The notes beneath the pieces are model-generated. The model was not told where the DNA came from and ran no database searches. It worked only from the letters and a program-made list of their open reading frames with translations. 64,000 nt of DNA from Sporopachydermia quercuum. Its lineage: Eukaryota. The stretch covers positions 248,001 through 312,000 of the forward strand of contig BCGN01000008.1 of NCBI GenBank assembly GCA_001599295.1. Direction: 5' to 3'. Numbering within the stretch: position 1 is the stretch's first letter; the number at the start of each line of letters is the position of its first letter. The translations under genes and the position numbers were made by a program. Positions 1-12,037 of this stretch are shown piece after piece.

Positions 1-1383
1 AGAGACAAAAGGAGAAGCGGCTGGTAGATTTAGATTGAGTCTCAACCCTGTACCGTTGTCAATTCCTTCAACCATCGATTTGGAATGTCCTGACTTCCCA
101 TTATTGAAATCAAGGCACTCATTTTTAGTAGTAGGAGAAAACAAAGAGTAATCAGATGTATCAGGTGCTGAAGAGTACATATCAGGTGACACAGCCGAAA
201 TAGTATGGCTATGGCCTCTGCGAGTTTGATTATTGAATCTAGTAGTTCCCGGCGTGATAACACTTGGAGTGAAAGAACACGTTCTTAATACAGCAGGTAC
301 GTATAGAGGAGTCTTTGGAGTTTGCAGTTGTTTAGGGGGTGACCGAGGAGGACTGGTATTGCTACTGTTATATTTAGAAGTTGTTGATTCCCTTTCGTTT
401 TGATCTTTGTCAACTTTAGGTACTTTTGAAAAATCAGTGAAACTGTTGTTTCTATAGTCGTCATCTTTCTGATGCTCACTTTCTTCCTCTGTTGGCGATA
501 ATAAGTTTTTGAAATCAAGGCGAGCTGGCTGACAACTAAGAGATCTTGTTGACAGGTTTGATTTTACCGATGAAAAAGAACCATTAGTGCTTGTTCGTTT
601 AAGCCTTCTTAATGATGTTGCAGAACTGTTATTGAAATCAAGTGTTGATTTACTCTTTCTGTTGGAAACCCCATTGGTTGTCGAATCACCATTCAAATTA
701 CCACGACTATTTTCGTCGTTTTTATTTGAATCTAATTTCCTCTCAAAAGAGCTCTTAGCACCAATCGGAACATTATCGTCGCTAGGTCCAAATAGAGTGA
801 CCGACAATTTTACTGTAGTGGGAACCTCAGTCAACGTGGAGCTTGAAGTTGCCATACTTCTCTTGTTACTATAAAATAAAGACTTTTGTTTCTCGTTTCG
901 TTTGTTTTGTTCGTATTGAGGAATATCATTAGGGAACAGCTGTTTCCTGCGCTGTTGTGAAGTCTGATTAAGTTCATTACCTTGAGCTGATTTATTCAAT
1001 TCACTTGCCTTTGATGCAACGTGTGAAAGACAAGAAGGTCTCTTCTCGGTTTGCTTCACTTTTGATGGGTCGATCTCTTTCTTTGAAAATGAAATAGTGA
1101 GTGATCTTTCTGACTCAGAAGGGACAAGTTTTTCGTTCACTTTAATTGAAGAATCTTGCGACTTCTCTGATCCCGAGGAACTTCGACTTGATATTAGATT
1201 TGTGCTTGAATTTGAGCCTTCTGAATCATATGCCAATAAAGATGTTGAAGTTATGTGTGATGAAGGGGAACTTGGCTCAGCGAGCGATTTTTCATCCGGT
1301 TTGTTCATAGCATGACAATCGTTTAATTTATTGATAGAACTGCTTGTTTGGTTCTCAGGAAACATTGACTCTGGTTTCTCCAT
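1..1383 (-). CDS. PIB2: Pib2-like TORC1 activator, N-terminal part; ORF runs off the left edge (FYVE domain expected outside the window)
   Basis: Long Ser-rich minus-strand frame from ATG at 1383 (MEKPESMFPENQ...), missing from the ORF track because it has no stop in the window. It contains TPKTPLYVPAVLRT, matching the Pib2 helical E motif (P-A-V-L-R). Confidence 0.65.
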   Translation of the reverse strand, partial: MEKPESMFPENQTSSSINKLNDCHAMNKPDEKSLAEPSSPSSHITSTSLLAYDSEGSNSSTNLISSRSSSGSEKSQDSSIKVNEKLVPSESERSLTISFSKKEIDPSKVKQTEKRPSCLSHVASKASELNKSAQGNELNQTSQQRRKQLFPNDIPQYEQNKRNEKQKSLFYSNKRSMATSSSTLTEVPTTVKLSVTLFGPSDDNVPIGAKSSFERKLDSNKNDENSRGNLNGDSTTNGVSNRKSKSTLDFNNSSATSLRRLKRTSTNGSFSSVKSNLSTRSLSCQPARLDFKNLLSPTEEESEHQKDDDYRNNSFTDFSKVPKVDKDQNERESTTSKYNSSNTSPPRSPPKQLQTPKTPLYVPAVLRTCSFTPSVITPGTTRFNNQTRRGHSHTISAVSPDMYSSAPDTSDYSLFSPTTKNECLDFNNGKSGHSKSMVEGIDNGTGLRLNLNLPAASPFVS

Positions 1384-4300
1384 ATTGCTTGGATTATAGG
1401 CACATTTTGATCTTCTTCTCACCTAAAAGAATTTCTGTTACTAAGGTTGTCGATTGTTTCGTTGATATCTAACACTCTTGCCTTTCATTCAGTTCAATCC
1501 ACCATCTACTTAATTTTAAGTGAATTTATTGTATTTAGAAAGTTCTTACTCAAATCACCTTTTCCTTTGAAATTTAATACTAATAAATCCTTGAATCTAT
1601 CCATACTCTCTCTGTACAGTGAGCCTGGCGAGTTAGTCATTTCACTACGAATGTAAATCATTGTCCTATAAAGTAACTTGCTCAGTCAGGCAAATGAGAG
1701 GTGTATGAATGATACAACCAAGATCTGTCTTGCCTACACTGAATTTATCAAGGCTATTACAAAAAGGGAGCCAATGATTAATTAGTGTATTTGTCATGTG
1801 AACTTAAAATATAGTTTTGAAAATCTGAGCTAAAATTGCTAGAAGAAGAATAAAAGTGAAACTTTATTCGAGATGGCTGTAGGGAAGGTATCCTATCTTT
1901 GGTATATAGATTTAAGGACCAGGAAATTTGATAATGAGTTCTTCCTGAATAACAATTTGATCAAAATAAATGTGCACTAAGTTTGATGGTGCAGTCAATC
2001 GTTTTCACAAATATTAGGAAGCTGATTCACTGCAATGGTGTTTCATCTTATGACATCTTTGTTCTTCCTGATAGAGGTCCTGCGAGAAGGCAATTAAACT
2101 TCGAGTATGATAACAAAATTTTAGGTTCATACTAAACTCAGGCTAAACTCAGGTCTCCATGTCCAGATTTTTCTTGGAGCTATCCATGAATATTATTCAT
2201 TCATTCACATGAGACAGGAGTAGAGAGAGAATCAAGAAAAGAATGAGAAAAAGGAAGGAAGAGCTGACCTTGAAATAAATTATGTCATAGGAAATGAAGA
2301 GCGAGATAGATTCAGAGAGTTGAGGGAAATAAAATGCTTGGTAAGGGAGATTTTGTGGTTTCTGAATAGTAACTTCAGGATCAGTTCTTTAAGGTTGAGA
2401 AAGGAAGGGATTGAAAGCATCCTATTTATTGATTGAATTGAGGGTGAATCCGTGGAAAATGAGTAATGAAGTATAAGAGCTATCAACAGTGGATCTTGTT
2501 TAACTTTGCATGTTTTGTCGAACAACATCAGAGATGACCAACCATCAAAATTGATTGATTATATATGATGTTAATGTTTGACTCTAGTGTATCATTTCAA
2601 ATTGCATTATTAACTTTGAATTGATGATTCAATGTTACTTGTAAAATTACCCAAGACTTTCACAAACCATTTAATATATACTCACACTCAATCACTTGAG
2701 ATTGTTATAGTTGTGTTTCAGAGAAAAAAAGAGAAGTTATTTCATAAGTTAGGGAGGTACCATTTTCTTTGGTTTAACTAGTATAGGTTGACCAACTCAG
2801 GACTATTGTCTATTTCAAATAAATCTAAACTCTTATGGCTTGACCTCCACAGTTTGGTAAAACTTCCAGCTGGCTATTAAGAACGCCAGTCATGTCTCGT
2901 AAACGTCGTAACTACCTCTACATTATTTTTATTTGATCTATTCATTTTATGGAATAAAAATATATGAAGTTTAATGCTTGCAAATAATCAGAGAGTTGAT
3001 CCCGATAAGAGCCGATATGTCGGTAAATGTTTGACATTGATAGCTAGTTTCACACGTAGAGACCTTCAGAGTCATACATTTTATATCCGTTATTCAGACA
3101 ATTGATGTGATATTACGACTCAAAACTCAATCATAGTGTCATTATATAAAACTCAGTAGCCTTCACAATAGCCTCGGTGATTAATTCGTTCTTTCTTCTA
3201 GACCACTTTTGCACTTTTGCTCAATTCACCCTTTAACAGTTGCTGATCTCATAGATTCTCTGAGCTGGACTTATTAGTAGTGAACTTTTAATCTGATGAT
3301 CTGCATGATTGTAGGGCTTAAGAAAGACAATTCTCTAAACAGAATAAGCTCATGCATTCATCTAACTTAAAAATCTTCGCATTTATGGCATTGTCATGTG
3401 ATTAACAGTTGAAATGGTAAAGGAAGTTGATAATCACTGACTATATAGGTATATAGATATACACTATTCTTATAATGTGAATGGGGTATATGTTCTGTAT
3501 GAATACAACTTGGACTGTCGTTACTTTTGCTGAACTGAGTATTCCATAGAAAGACTCAGTTACTCAACTTTATCCGTTTACGTAGTAGTCATCTTGAGCA
3601 TTTGAGGAACTTTATTATTTGATAAGAAATCCAAGAAACCCTTTACAAATATTTTACCTCCTGAAAGCATTTCTTTTCCAATGTACTATCTAACTAACAT
3701 TCATGGAGAATTTAATTGTAAAACATTCTTGAATCTTGAAATTCGGATAGGATAATTAAATGGTACCTGCGTCCATCGAAAGATCAGAATATTGGCATCA
3801 TATGTTTTGATGATTACAAGACATGGTAGAACATATTTGAATGATACTAATTCGGACGAAATACCGGGACCATTCATGATGGTTTCATGCGTCTTGCATG
3901 GCCTATCAACAATAACAATTTGGAAAATCCCGTTTGTCTCAGCATTCTGAAGTCAGTTGAGAACTCATCCCAAGTTTGAAAGTATGTCCCATATGTAAAT
4001 TGATTTCAAGACTTAGAAGTGATAAACACTACAGTAATTCGATTGTTGAGTTTCCAGATAGCAATCACATGAAGTGTTGATTATCATGGTAATAATGCGG
4101 CATTACATCCAATTGATGCATGAGACACAATCTGAACGATCTGATTCAGTTATATTACTTTGACTATTCCAATGCAATGTTACCAGCTTTTCAATGACAA
4201 GAAGTTATGTGAATTTTAACATGTGCAGATCAACTACTAGTAAATAATCCAAACAACAATGAGCTGGCCACAAACATATAATTATATATACATCAGCTAT

Positions 4301-4445
4301 ACTCTAATTCTTAAGAATAAACTATTCTTCCTTCTTATTTATTATACAGCATAGGTATGTACAAAGGGAAAAAAGCAGGCAAGCGAATAAAGATTTAGAG
4401 TAAAAGACGGAGGGACAAAAAAGTGGGAACGGCAACAGGCAACAA

Positions 4446-4539
4446 GCCCGCGTAGCGTAATGGTTAACGCGTCAGACTTCTAACGAAGCCTCTTTGGAAT
4501 GCAATCTGAAGATTGTGGGTTCGACTCCCACCGTGGGTG
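4446..4539 (+). tRNA. tRNA-Arg(UCU) with 21-nt intron (4483-4503)
   Basis: Acceptor stem GCCCGCG/CGTGGGT, anticodon stem TCAGA/TCTGA with TCT at 4479-4481, T-loop GGTTCGACTCC, and a downstream T6 Pol III terminator. Very similar to yeast tRNA-Arg(UCU). Confidence 0.95.
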
Positions 4540-5988
4540 CTAAGTTTTTTAAACATATGTTTTTTCCAGCAAATGACCCTTCAAGTATAAGTAATGATTA
4601 AATTAAAAAGAGGTATCGTCATTTCTGCTTTAGTCTTCGATTTTTTTCTTGCAATAAGAGATATAGAATGTATCGCAACATGCTGGTATTATAAAAGGAT
4701 CAGCAGGGCATATAGTTCGATTGAGGTGTCATTTATAACGATCCTTCTCCTGAGTATTATTCAGTGGTTTGTACATCAATCATACAAAAGTGCAATACTG
4801 CACTCTTTAATATCGAAGTTCCAGATAGTAAAGTATCATTTTGAAGTGTTGAACTACTGTACCGGAATATCACCACGAAAGGAAGGCTATGACCGACATA
4901 TATGGTGTCATCGAAAGAATCCGCGATCTATTAATCAATCCTGTTACCAATGCTCCAAATAATTTAATAATACATTCAATGCCCATTGCTTACATGAATT
5001 CTGCGGTATCAAACTATTAGCTGGTAAGAGCTAGTAAACTGGTATCAACTTGTCGCAATATAAAGAAACGCAATGAATCAAAGAACAACAAACACGGGTA
5101 TGAATCCCATGAGGGGAGTTATTCAATCATTCCTTACTCTTAAACAAATTCTTCTATCCTATTTCAACCTCTTAACACTCAATCAACTACCAGTATTATT
5201 TTGGATTCCACAATATGCAAAGAACCATTCAATTGCTACGTTGAAAGTAACTGCCAGATGTAAGGCTAAAAGTGGATGCGTTGTTATTCCACTGACTTGT
5301 GTTTGTAATGTCCACGGAAGGGAGATGAGAAAAGTTGCAATCTCTGTTCCGTCCATTTTTACGTACACCGCAATTGTCCCTTAGTTATTTGTTTTGTTGG
5401 TACATCTAACTATGAAGACAATGTAATAACAATTGAATAAAATAGTCCTAATTAGTAGTCTGAAAATATTTCCGTTTGCCCATCATTAATCCGGTAAATA
5501 TCTTCAGTAAATTCTCACTCATGAATGAAGAAATAGTCAGTTTTTCTTCCTCAAAAGAGCAATTCTTATTGGACATCTACTCTTCTATTCATTGCATGTT
5601 CATGCATCATACTTACATATCAAAACTAGTAGTTATCACATAATCTAAAACGAATTTTACACCTCATTCATTATCCTGAAGTTGTACTAGAAGCAATCGC
5701 ATTTGTTCAATGCAAGAAAGATAATTCACCAAAGTTTTACTTCCTGCGATTTGATGCTTTCATTATAAGTTTACTCTTTTTTGATTTCAAGACTGAATCT
5801 ATCATTAGTGGGAAGTTGTACATAATTTTAAAGATATTTGCTTTCACTCTTTTTTTTAGAAGCGCGTTTGATTGGGGTTCATCAAGTAGAAGGATCAATT
5901 GACAATATAGGTGGACACATTGCAGAAAGAGGTCGACATCATTTGGGAAAAGAAAAAGTTACTCATACTCCTGTATTAGAACATAAAG

Positions 5989-6721
5989 ATGCAGTTAAGG
6001 ATTTTTTCAAATATTTTGGCCGTGTTGGCGGTGTTTGCTTTACTGCAAAATTCAGTCGAAGGTCGCAGTGATACACCTATTACCACTCTTCTGGGACCTA
6101 TGGAAGAGCAATGTTACTACATGGATATCACCCCTGCAAATCAACATGAAAGCATTATTTTCTTCTTTTCAGTGCTTTCAGGTGGAAATTTCGATATTAA
6201 CTTCTCTGTACGAGACCCCAGAGGAAATGTCATCACTGAAGGTGAAAAGTACAAGCATGGTGATTACTTGTTGAAATCAAGAGGCCTTGGTGAATATTCT
6301 TTCTGTTTCGATAACTCTATCTCATCTGTCACAAGTAAGGTAATTGAATTCGGTATTCATTTGGAATCAGCTGAGTTGAATGATGTAGATGAAGTTGATA
6401 GCAAACTTGCATCAACACAAAATTCCATTTCTAAGATAAATGAGAAGATAACCTCCATTACAAATACTTTGAGATACTTAAAAGCAAGAGAATATAGAAA
6501 TATGAGTACTGTTGAAAGTACTGGATCAAGAGTTTTTGCTTTTTCCATTGTGGCCATCTTGATAATGGTTAGTATCAGTTACTTGCAAGTAACTTTGGTT
6601 AGGATACTTTTTGAAGGTTGTAAGTATTTACCATTGAAAGAAAACTGGTTGGTAGCTTAGGACGATTTCGATCGAAGACTTTTACTAATAACTTATTCTA
6701 GCCCGGAAAACTGCTGTTTAG
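5989..6721 (+). CDS. ERP2: p24/GOLD family ER-Golgi cargo receptor, Erp2/Erp4-like; exons 5989-6619 and 6702-6721 (216 aa)
   Basis: Signal peptide, GOLD domain (GGNFDINFSV..GEYSFCFDN), YLKAREYRNMSTVEST motif and a TM segment. Intron GTAAGT(6620)..TACTAAT..TAG(6701) gives the p24-type tail FEGSRKTAV*. Confidence 0.85.
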
Positions 6722-9129
6722 ACAGGTTGATTCTCCTCAATATTGAATATTATCGATAATACATCTTTCAACTCTTATAACTCAGCTGAACCTATTTGTG
6801 TGATCTGGTATAGATACATTTCATCAATATTTCCACTGGTTTTCTCTAAACGAGTCCTTGGATATCACTTGATGAAAGTAATCATATGCGCCATATTGAT
6901 TGGGATCAAGTCAAAACTGTCAGCTTTTGAGAATAAGCTTAAGACATAACTATAGTAAATGTATGAAGAATAGATCTGATAAATAGACTAGAAGCATCAA
7001 GCGCCCGCGGAAAGGATGAGTATCTATTTGGCTTCCGTTTGCTTTGGTAGTATGTTTTGTAAATCCACTAGAGATATCAAGAAGGTTGTAGCTCTCAAGA
7101 TGTATTTCTACTTTGGTTTCACAAGTGAATTACTAGACGGCAGGTATTTGTCTTTGTTCATTTATAAATAAAAAGCAACAGCACGATAATACATCATAAG
7201 AAATTCAATTACGAAAGTAATCAATCAAATCAACGGGTTCATTGATTGATACTGCCATTTATTTGTAACAAAAATCACGCACTTGACTTCTGTATGTCTC
7301 CAGCCAAGATTTTGCAAAGTAAAACTTTCCTTTTCAAACTCCACTCTACTTAGATACTACCTACCACATCATTTTCATCTATTTATGTAAAGTCATTCGA
7401 ACCTTTTTTACGTTTTATCAGTTATCTATGAAAGTTTCTTTACCTGGGGACTTCTTAGTTATTACTATATCTCAACGATTCTAAACGGTTCTTTACTAGT
7501 ACTTTGAAAATTAAAGTATACTTTATCAATTGACTCTGAAAACAGTAGATAGTCTTCTGAGACTGTTGACGCAATTCAATAGAAGCCAGATGAAAAAGGA
7601 ATTCATATCTGCCGAGCCATGCATGATATGCCAATGCTTACCTCTTCTTGCTGCCTTCCTATTTTCAACTATTTTCTTTCTTGGTATACTATACACAATA
7701 CACTCTAAAATGCATTTAATTCAGATGCAATTCAAGATGCCATAGTTAAACGTTATTCAAACCCATATGTTCTCAACAATAGGGAGCTTAGATGGTGGCT
7801 CATTATAGTATGACATCCAATCCAAATGCCAGCCTTCTAGAGTCTCATTTCCAAGTATAGAATTTGAGAGTAAAGGAATGATCATCATAAGGGTGCGCGC
7901 ACAATGTGAACTACCTCAGACTGTGCATGTTAACACATACCTCTCTAATTAACCTCCAATGAAAAATTGATATATAACATCTAAAAACCGAACTTTTATA
8001 TAATGTATAAAACATTTCACATCTTCTGCTTTTCATCCTGCCATAGTTCTATCACAGATATTGCGTAAATGAAACATTTTCACTTCTTAACAAAGTTCTG
8101 TCTGGCACATTCATCAAATTACGAAAAAATTACTGTCGTGTACCAACGGTCAAACTTAATCAAAAACGCGAACGATTTTTGAATATCACCACCATTTTCA
8201 CCCTTAGACCCCCTTGATTACTTATTTCTCTTCCTTCATCTAAATCCATCGCTAGAAATTAAAGTTCAACTCAACTCTCAAGTAGAGGTAACAATTTTGA
8301 TCTTTCTCTGATATACTCTAGACCCCAATCTGTTGCGCTCTCGACGCACTCTAGACTCATCTCCACCAAAGATCTCGCAACTCTCACCCACCTCTCTATT
8401 TTTTTTATCCCCTTACAAAGAAAAAGTCTCTCTTGGCTTGCTATCAACAGGCAGTGTAAATATGCTAAGTGACGTTCCAAGTAAAAAGATCGAATTTAAG
8501 TTCACTACGACAATTTTTGTTCTTACTTTGGCTTGCCAGGTTTTTCCTTTCATTCTTTTTGTCACTACATTCATTTCTTGACATGGTTGAACGAGACAAA
8601 AAATTTAAAGGACAGCAATAAAAGTGGAAGTAACGTCTTTAAGGATTTTTCATTCTTATTCTCATTAAGATAATCCCCAAATCGTTGTTAATTTTATAGA
8701 GAATCCTCAGAGTTGTTGATAGATATCAAGACAAGCAAAATCACAGATCAGCAAACCAACAATCAAAAGAACAAATAGTTGTTCGATGTGGTTGGACTAT
8801 TCTCAAATTATTTCGCATTTCCATTCGTTAGATTAATTCAAACAACTGAAAGGCACATTCTTGAGAGGACGAAATTGAATCAGAATAGTTAAATTCAGGG
8901 GTTTTAGAAGAAACACCAGAATATTGTCATATCGTACACTTGTAATTACAAGTAGGTAACAACGCAAGTTATTTGTTGGTAGTAGCCAAATAAAACGCCA
9001 ATATATGAACATTTCTGACCGCTATCGTTTTAGAAGAAAAACAAAAACAGTCAAATAAATAGCTCATTTCAAGTCATTCACCTCAAACTATACATTTTCA
9101 GCCATCTACAGAACACATACACATACACT

Positions 9130-11433
9130 ATGAACCGACTACCTTTAATAGCACTGTTGGTGCTTATTATGTCGCCATTCGGTTATGCTCGAAAGGTTTT
9201 ACAAGCATCATCATTAGTAACATGCATGGAAGATTCTCAACTAGTTGCCACCTACTTCGAAGTAGCTTTTTATCCTGATGATGGATCAGTTCATTATGAT
9301 ATTGCTGGTACATCAAAAATTGAAGAATATGCAAATGCTGAAATAACAGTGTATGCTTATGGCTTTGATATCATTAAGGAAACAATCTCCTTATGTTCAT
9401 TGGGATTAAAGCAGTTTTGCCCCGTTTTCCCTGGTGATATTGAAGTTTCCTCTGTTCAATACGTCGACGCAGATATCATTCACAATGTCCCAAACATTGC
9501 TTATTATGTCCCTGATATTGATACATTAGCCAGAATCATTGTCAAGGATTTGAATGGTACTCAATTAGCTTGTATTCAAGCAGAATTTACTAATGGAAAG
9601 ACCGTTAATAATGTTGGTGTTAAGTGGGCTACTGCTATTATTGCAGGTCTTGGTTTATTAGTATCAGCTATTATGTCTACCATGGGTAATTCTGTTACTG
9701 CTTCACATATTGCTGCCAACGCTGCTTCTTTATTCTTATACTTCCAATCGGTTGTGATCGTTGGTATGGAAGCTGTTACTCGAGTTCCTCCTATCGCTTC
9801 TTCTTGGTGTGCTAACCTTGCTTGGTCAATGGGTTTAATTAAAGTAGATTTCATGCAAGATATCTTCAGATGGTACGTTCAAGCTACTGGAGGAACACCT
9901 ACTCAGCTTTTCAAAGACAAAAGTGTCAGTGTTCTAGTTCAGAGAAGCTATGATATTACAAAAGTCCAAGCCAGAAATCTAGTTAGATTCCTTGCTGATA
10001 AAGGTACCAAACTCTTGAGACGTAATGCATTGGATCTTAGTGATAATGACTCGCTTATTGTTTTCAGAGGTATCAAGAGAATTGGTTTCCAACAGAATAT
10101 TGAAACTTCTAGTATTGTTCTAACTGGGTTTACATTCTTTTTGTTAATCACATTGCTGATTGCTTTTATAGTTTTACTAATCAAAGGTCTGATTGTCCTG
10201 TTTACCAAGTTCAACTGGATTTCTCCTGTTCGATTCCTTTACTTCAGAAACAACTGGAAACATATAATGAAAGGTTCCATTTTGAGAATTGTTCTAATTG
10301 GGGTTACTCAATTAACAATTCTGTCATTATTTGAATTCACCCAAAGAGACTCTCCTGCTGTGATTGTATTGGCAGTATTATTCTTGATCTCATCGTTAGG
10401 TGCTATTGCTTGGGCTGCTTATAAGAGTATTACTTATGCTATGAAATCTATCGACATTTACAAGAATCCTGCTTACATTCTCTATTCAGATTCAAATGTT
10501 TTAGACAAGTATGGATTCTTCTATACTCAATTCAACTCCAAGAAATACTTCTTTGGTGGAATCCTTATTGTTTATATTTTTGCTAAGAGTTGCTTTATTG
10601 GTTTAGCTCAATCAAGTGGTAAAACTCAAGGATTAGCAATTTTTCTTATTGAGTTGATGTATTTAATTGCTGTGTGTCATTACAAGCCATATCTTGACAG
10701 CAGAACAAATATCTTGAATATTATCATTGGTGTTGTCATGACTGTGAATGCTTTTTTATTTTTATTCTTCTCTGATTTATTTGGCCAACCTGAATCAGTC
10801 AGTTCTATTATGGGTTGGGTCTTCTTTATTCTCAACGCTGCATTTTCGCTTATCCTTTTGGTTATGCTTATTGTATACTGTTGTTTGGCGCTTCTATCAA
10901 AGAATCCTGATGCACGCTTCGTTCCTCCAAAGGATGACCGTGTTTCTTTCCAACCCAATAGTGATGTGAAACAAGCTGCTCAAGAAGAATTACTCGCTCT
11001 TGGTACAACAGCAAAATCTCACCAAGGTGGTTGGTCTGATGAGATTTATACATCCTCCGACTCATCATTAGGATCCAATAGATTATCAAACGAAAAAGAA
11101 TCATTTACAGCTAAAGTTGCCCGAAAGCTTTCATTAAGAAAAAAGCAAAGAGGAGTGACAAAACTTGAAGATGATTACGAATTAGAACCCCAAAGATCTG
11201 ATAATGACCGTTCGATATTTGATGATCAAGATAACGAAGACGAATACATAGATGACGAAGATAGGACGAAAAGAGCTTCCACTGCCACTCGAATAATACA
11301 AAGCTATCAAAACAGAGAACTAAACGGTTTACCATATGATGATTCTGTCCAAGATTTCGTCAATGTTCCTGATATTATTAGTAGTCATCAGCATCTGAGG
11401 ACAGAGTCTGAAGAGTACCTAAGACCAAAATAG
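9130..11433 (+). CDS. FLC1: FLC/TRP-like ER membrane transporter (flavin carrier family, FLC1/FLC3-like)
   Basis: 767-aa ORF with TRP_N/ML-like N-terminus (LVTCMEDSQL, YYVPDID, GVKWATA) and multiple TM helices. Neighbours RPL1/PCL as FLC1 and FLC3 do in S. cerevisiae. Confidence 0.88.
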   Translation: MNRLPLIALLVLIMSPFGYARKVLQASSLVTCMEDSQLVATYFEVAFYPDDGSVHYDIAGTSKIEEYANAEITVYAYGFDIIKETISLCSLGLKQFCPVFPGDIEVSSVQYVDADIIHNVPNIAYYVPDIDTLARIIVKDLNGTQLACIQAEFTNGKTVNNVGVKWATAIIAGLGLLVSAIMSTMGNSVTASHIAANAASLFLYFQSVVIVGMEAVTRVPPIASSWCANLAWSMGLIKVDFMQDIFRWYVQATGGTPTQLFKDKSVSVLVQRSYDITKVQARNLVRFLADKGTKLLRRNALDLSDNDSLIVFRGIKRIGFQQNIETSSIVLTGFTFFLLITLLIAFIVLLIKGLIVLFTKFNWISPVRFLYFRNNWKHIMKGSILRIVLIGVTQLTILSLFEFTQRDSPAVIVLAVLFLISSLGAIAWAAYKSITYAMKSIDIYKNPAYILYSDSNVLDKYGFFYTQFNSKKYFFGGILIVYIFAKSCFIGLAQSSGKTQGLAIFLIELMYLIAVCHYKPYLDSRTNILNIIIGVVMTVNAFLFLFFSDLFGQPESVSSIMGWVFFILNAAFSLILLVMLIVYCCLALLSKNPDARFVPPKDDRVSFQPNSDVKQAAQEELLALGTTAKSHQGGWSDEIYTSSDSSLGSNRLSNEKESFTAKVARKLSLRKKQRGVTKLEDDYELEPQRSDNDRSIFDDQDNEDEYIDDEDRTKRASTATRIIQSYQNRELNGLPYDDSVQDFVNVPDIISSHQHLRTESEEYLRPK

Positions 11434-12037
11434 GTTGTATGATTGATTTCAAAGGGTACCAGATATTGTTGGTAACATCTTCTTCACTTTATGGACATAT
11501 TTGTGGACTGTTACTGGTATTATACTTGATTCATTTTATTCTATTCTTATCGGTACCTGCTGAGGGAAGGTTTATTTCTTTATATTGTCTTTATATATAT
11601 GTGGGTGTATGATTTCCTGTGGTGTGTGTAATATTAGGTCTTGTGATTCCCTCAACAAACATGTTTTGTTCGAAAACTTTTGATGTTTATTCCTTCTTTT
11701 ATCACTTTTATTTTTTGGTCATTATGTTTTCTAGGGGTATTTAGAATTAACGGCATTTTAAAAACAAACTGCATATGTAAATACTTTAGTTGTAGCTGTA
11801 CATTTAGTATTCGCGAAGGGCAATTTGGTTTAGCGTATTCATGTATGAAGAGAAGCCGCAGTGTTACAGACTTCGGGCAAAGGTAAAAAGCTATTGGTAT
11901 ATTGAAATGGTTCAACTAGAGCATAGCATGGACCCAACATCGACAATATAAGCAAAGGAATTTGGTGAAAAGAGTATCAGCCTTTTTAGAAGCGTGGTAT
12001 TGAAACGCAATAATGTCAAACAGCAGGTATAAGATAA

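Noticed and set aside
4594..5384. Three 61-122 aa ORFs next to the tRNA
   Set aside because: No recognisable motif or codon bias; likely chance ORFs.
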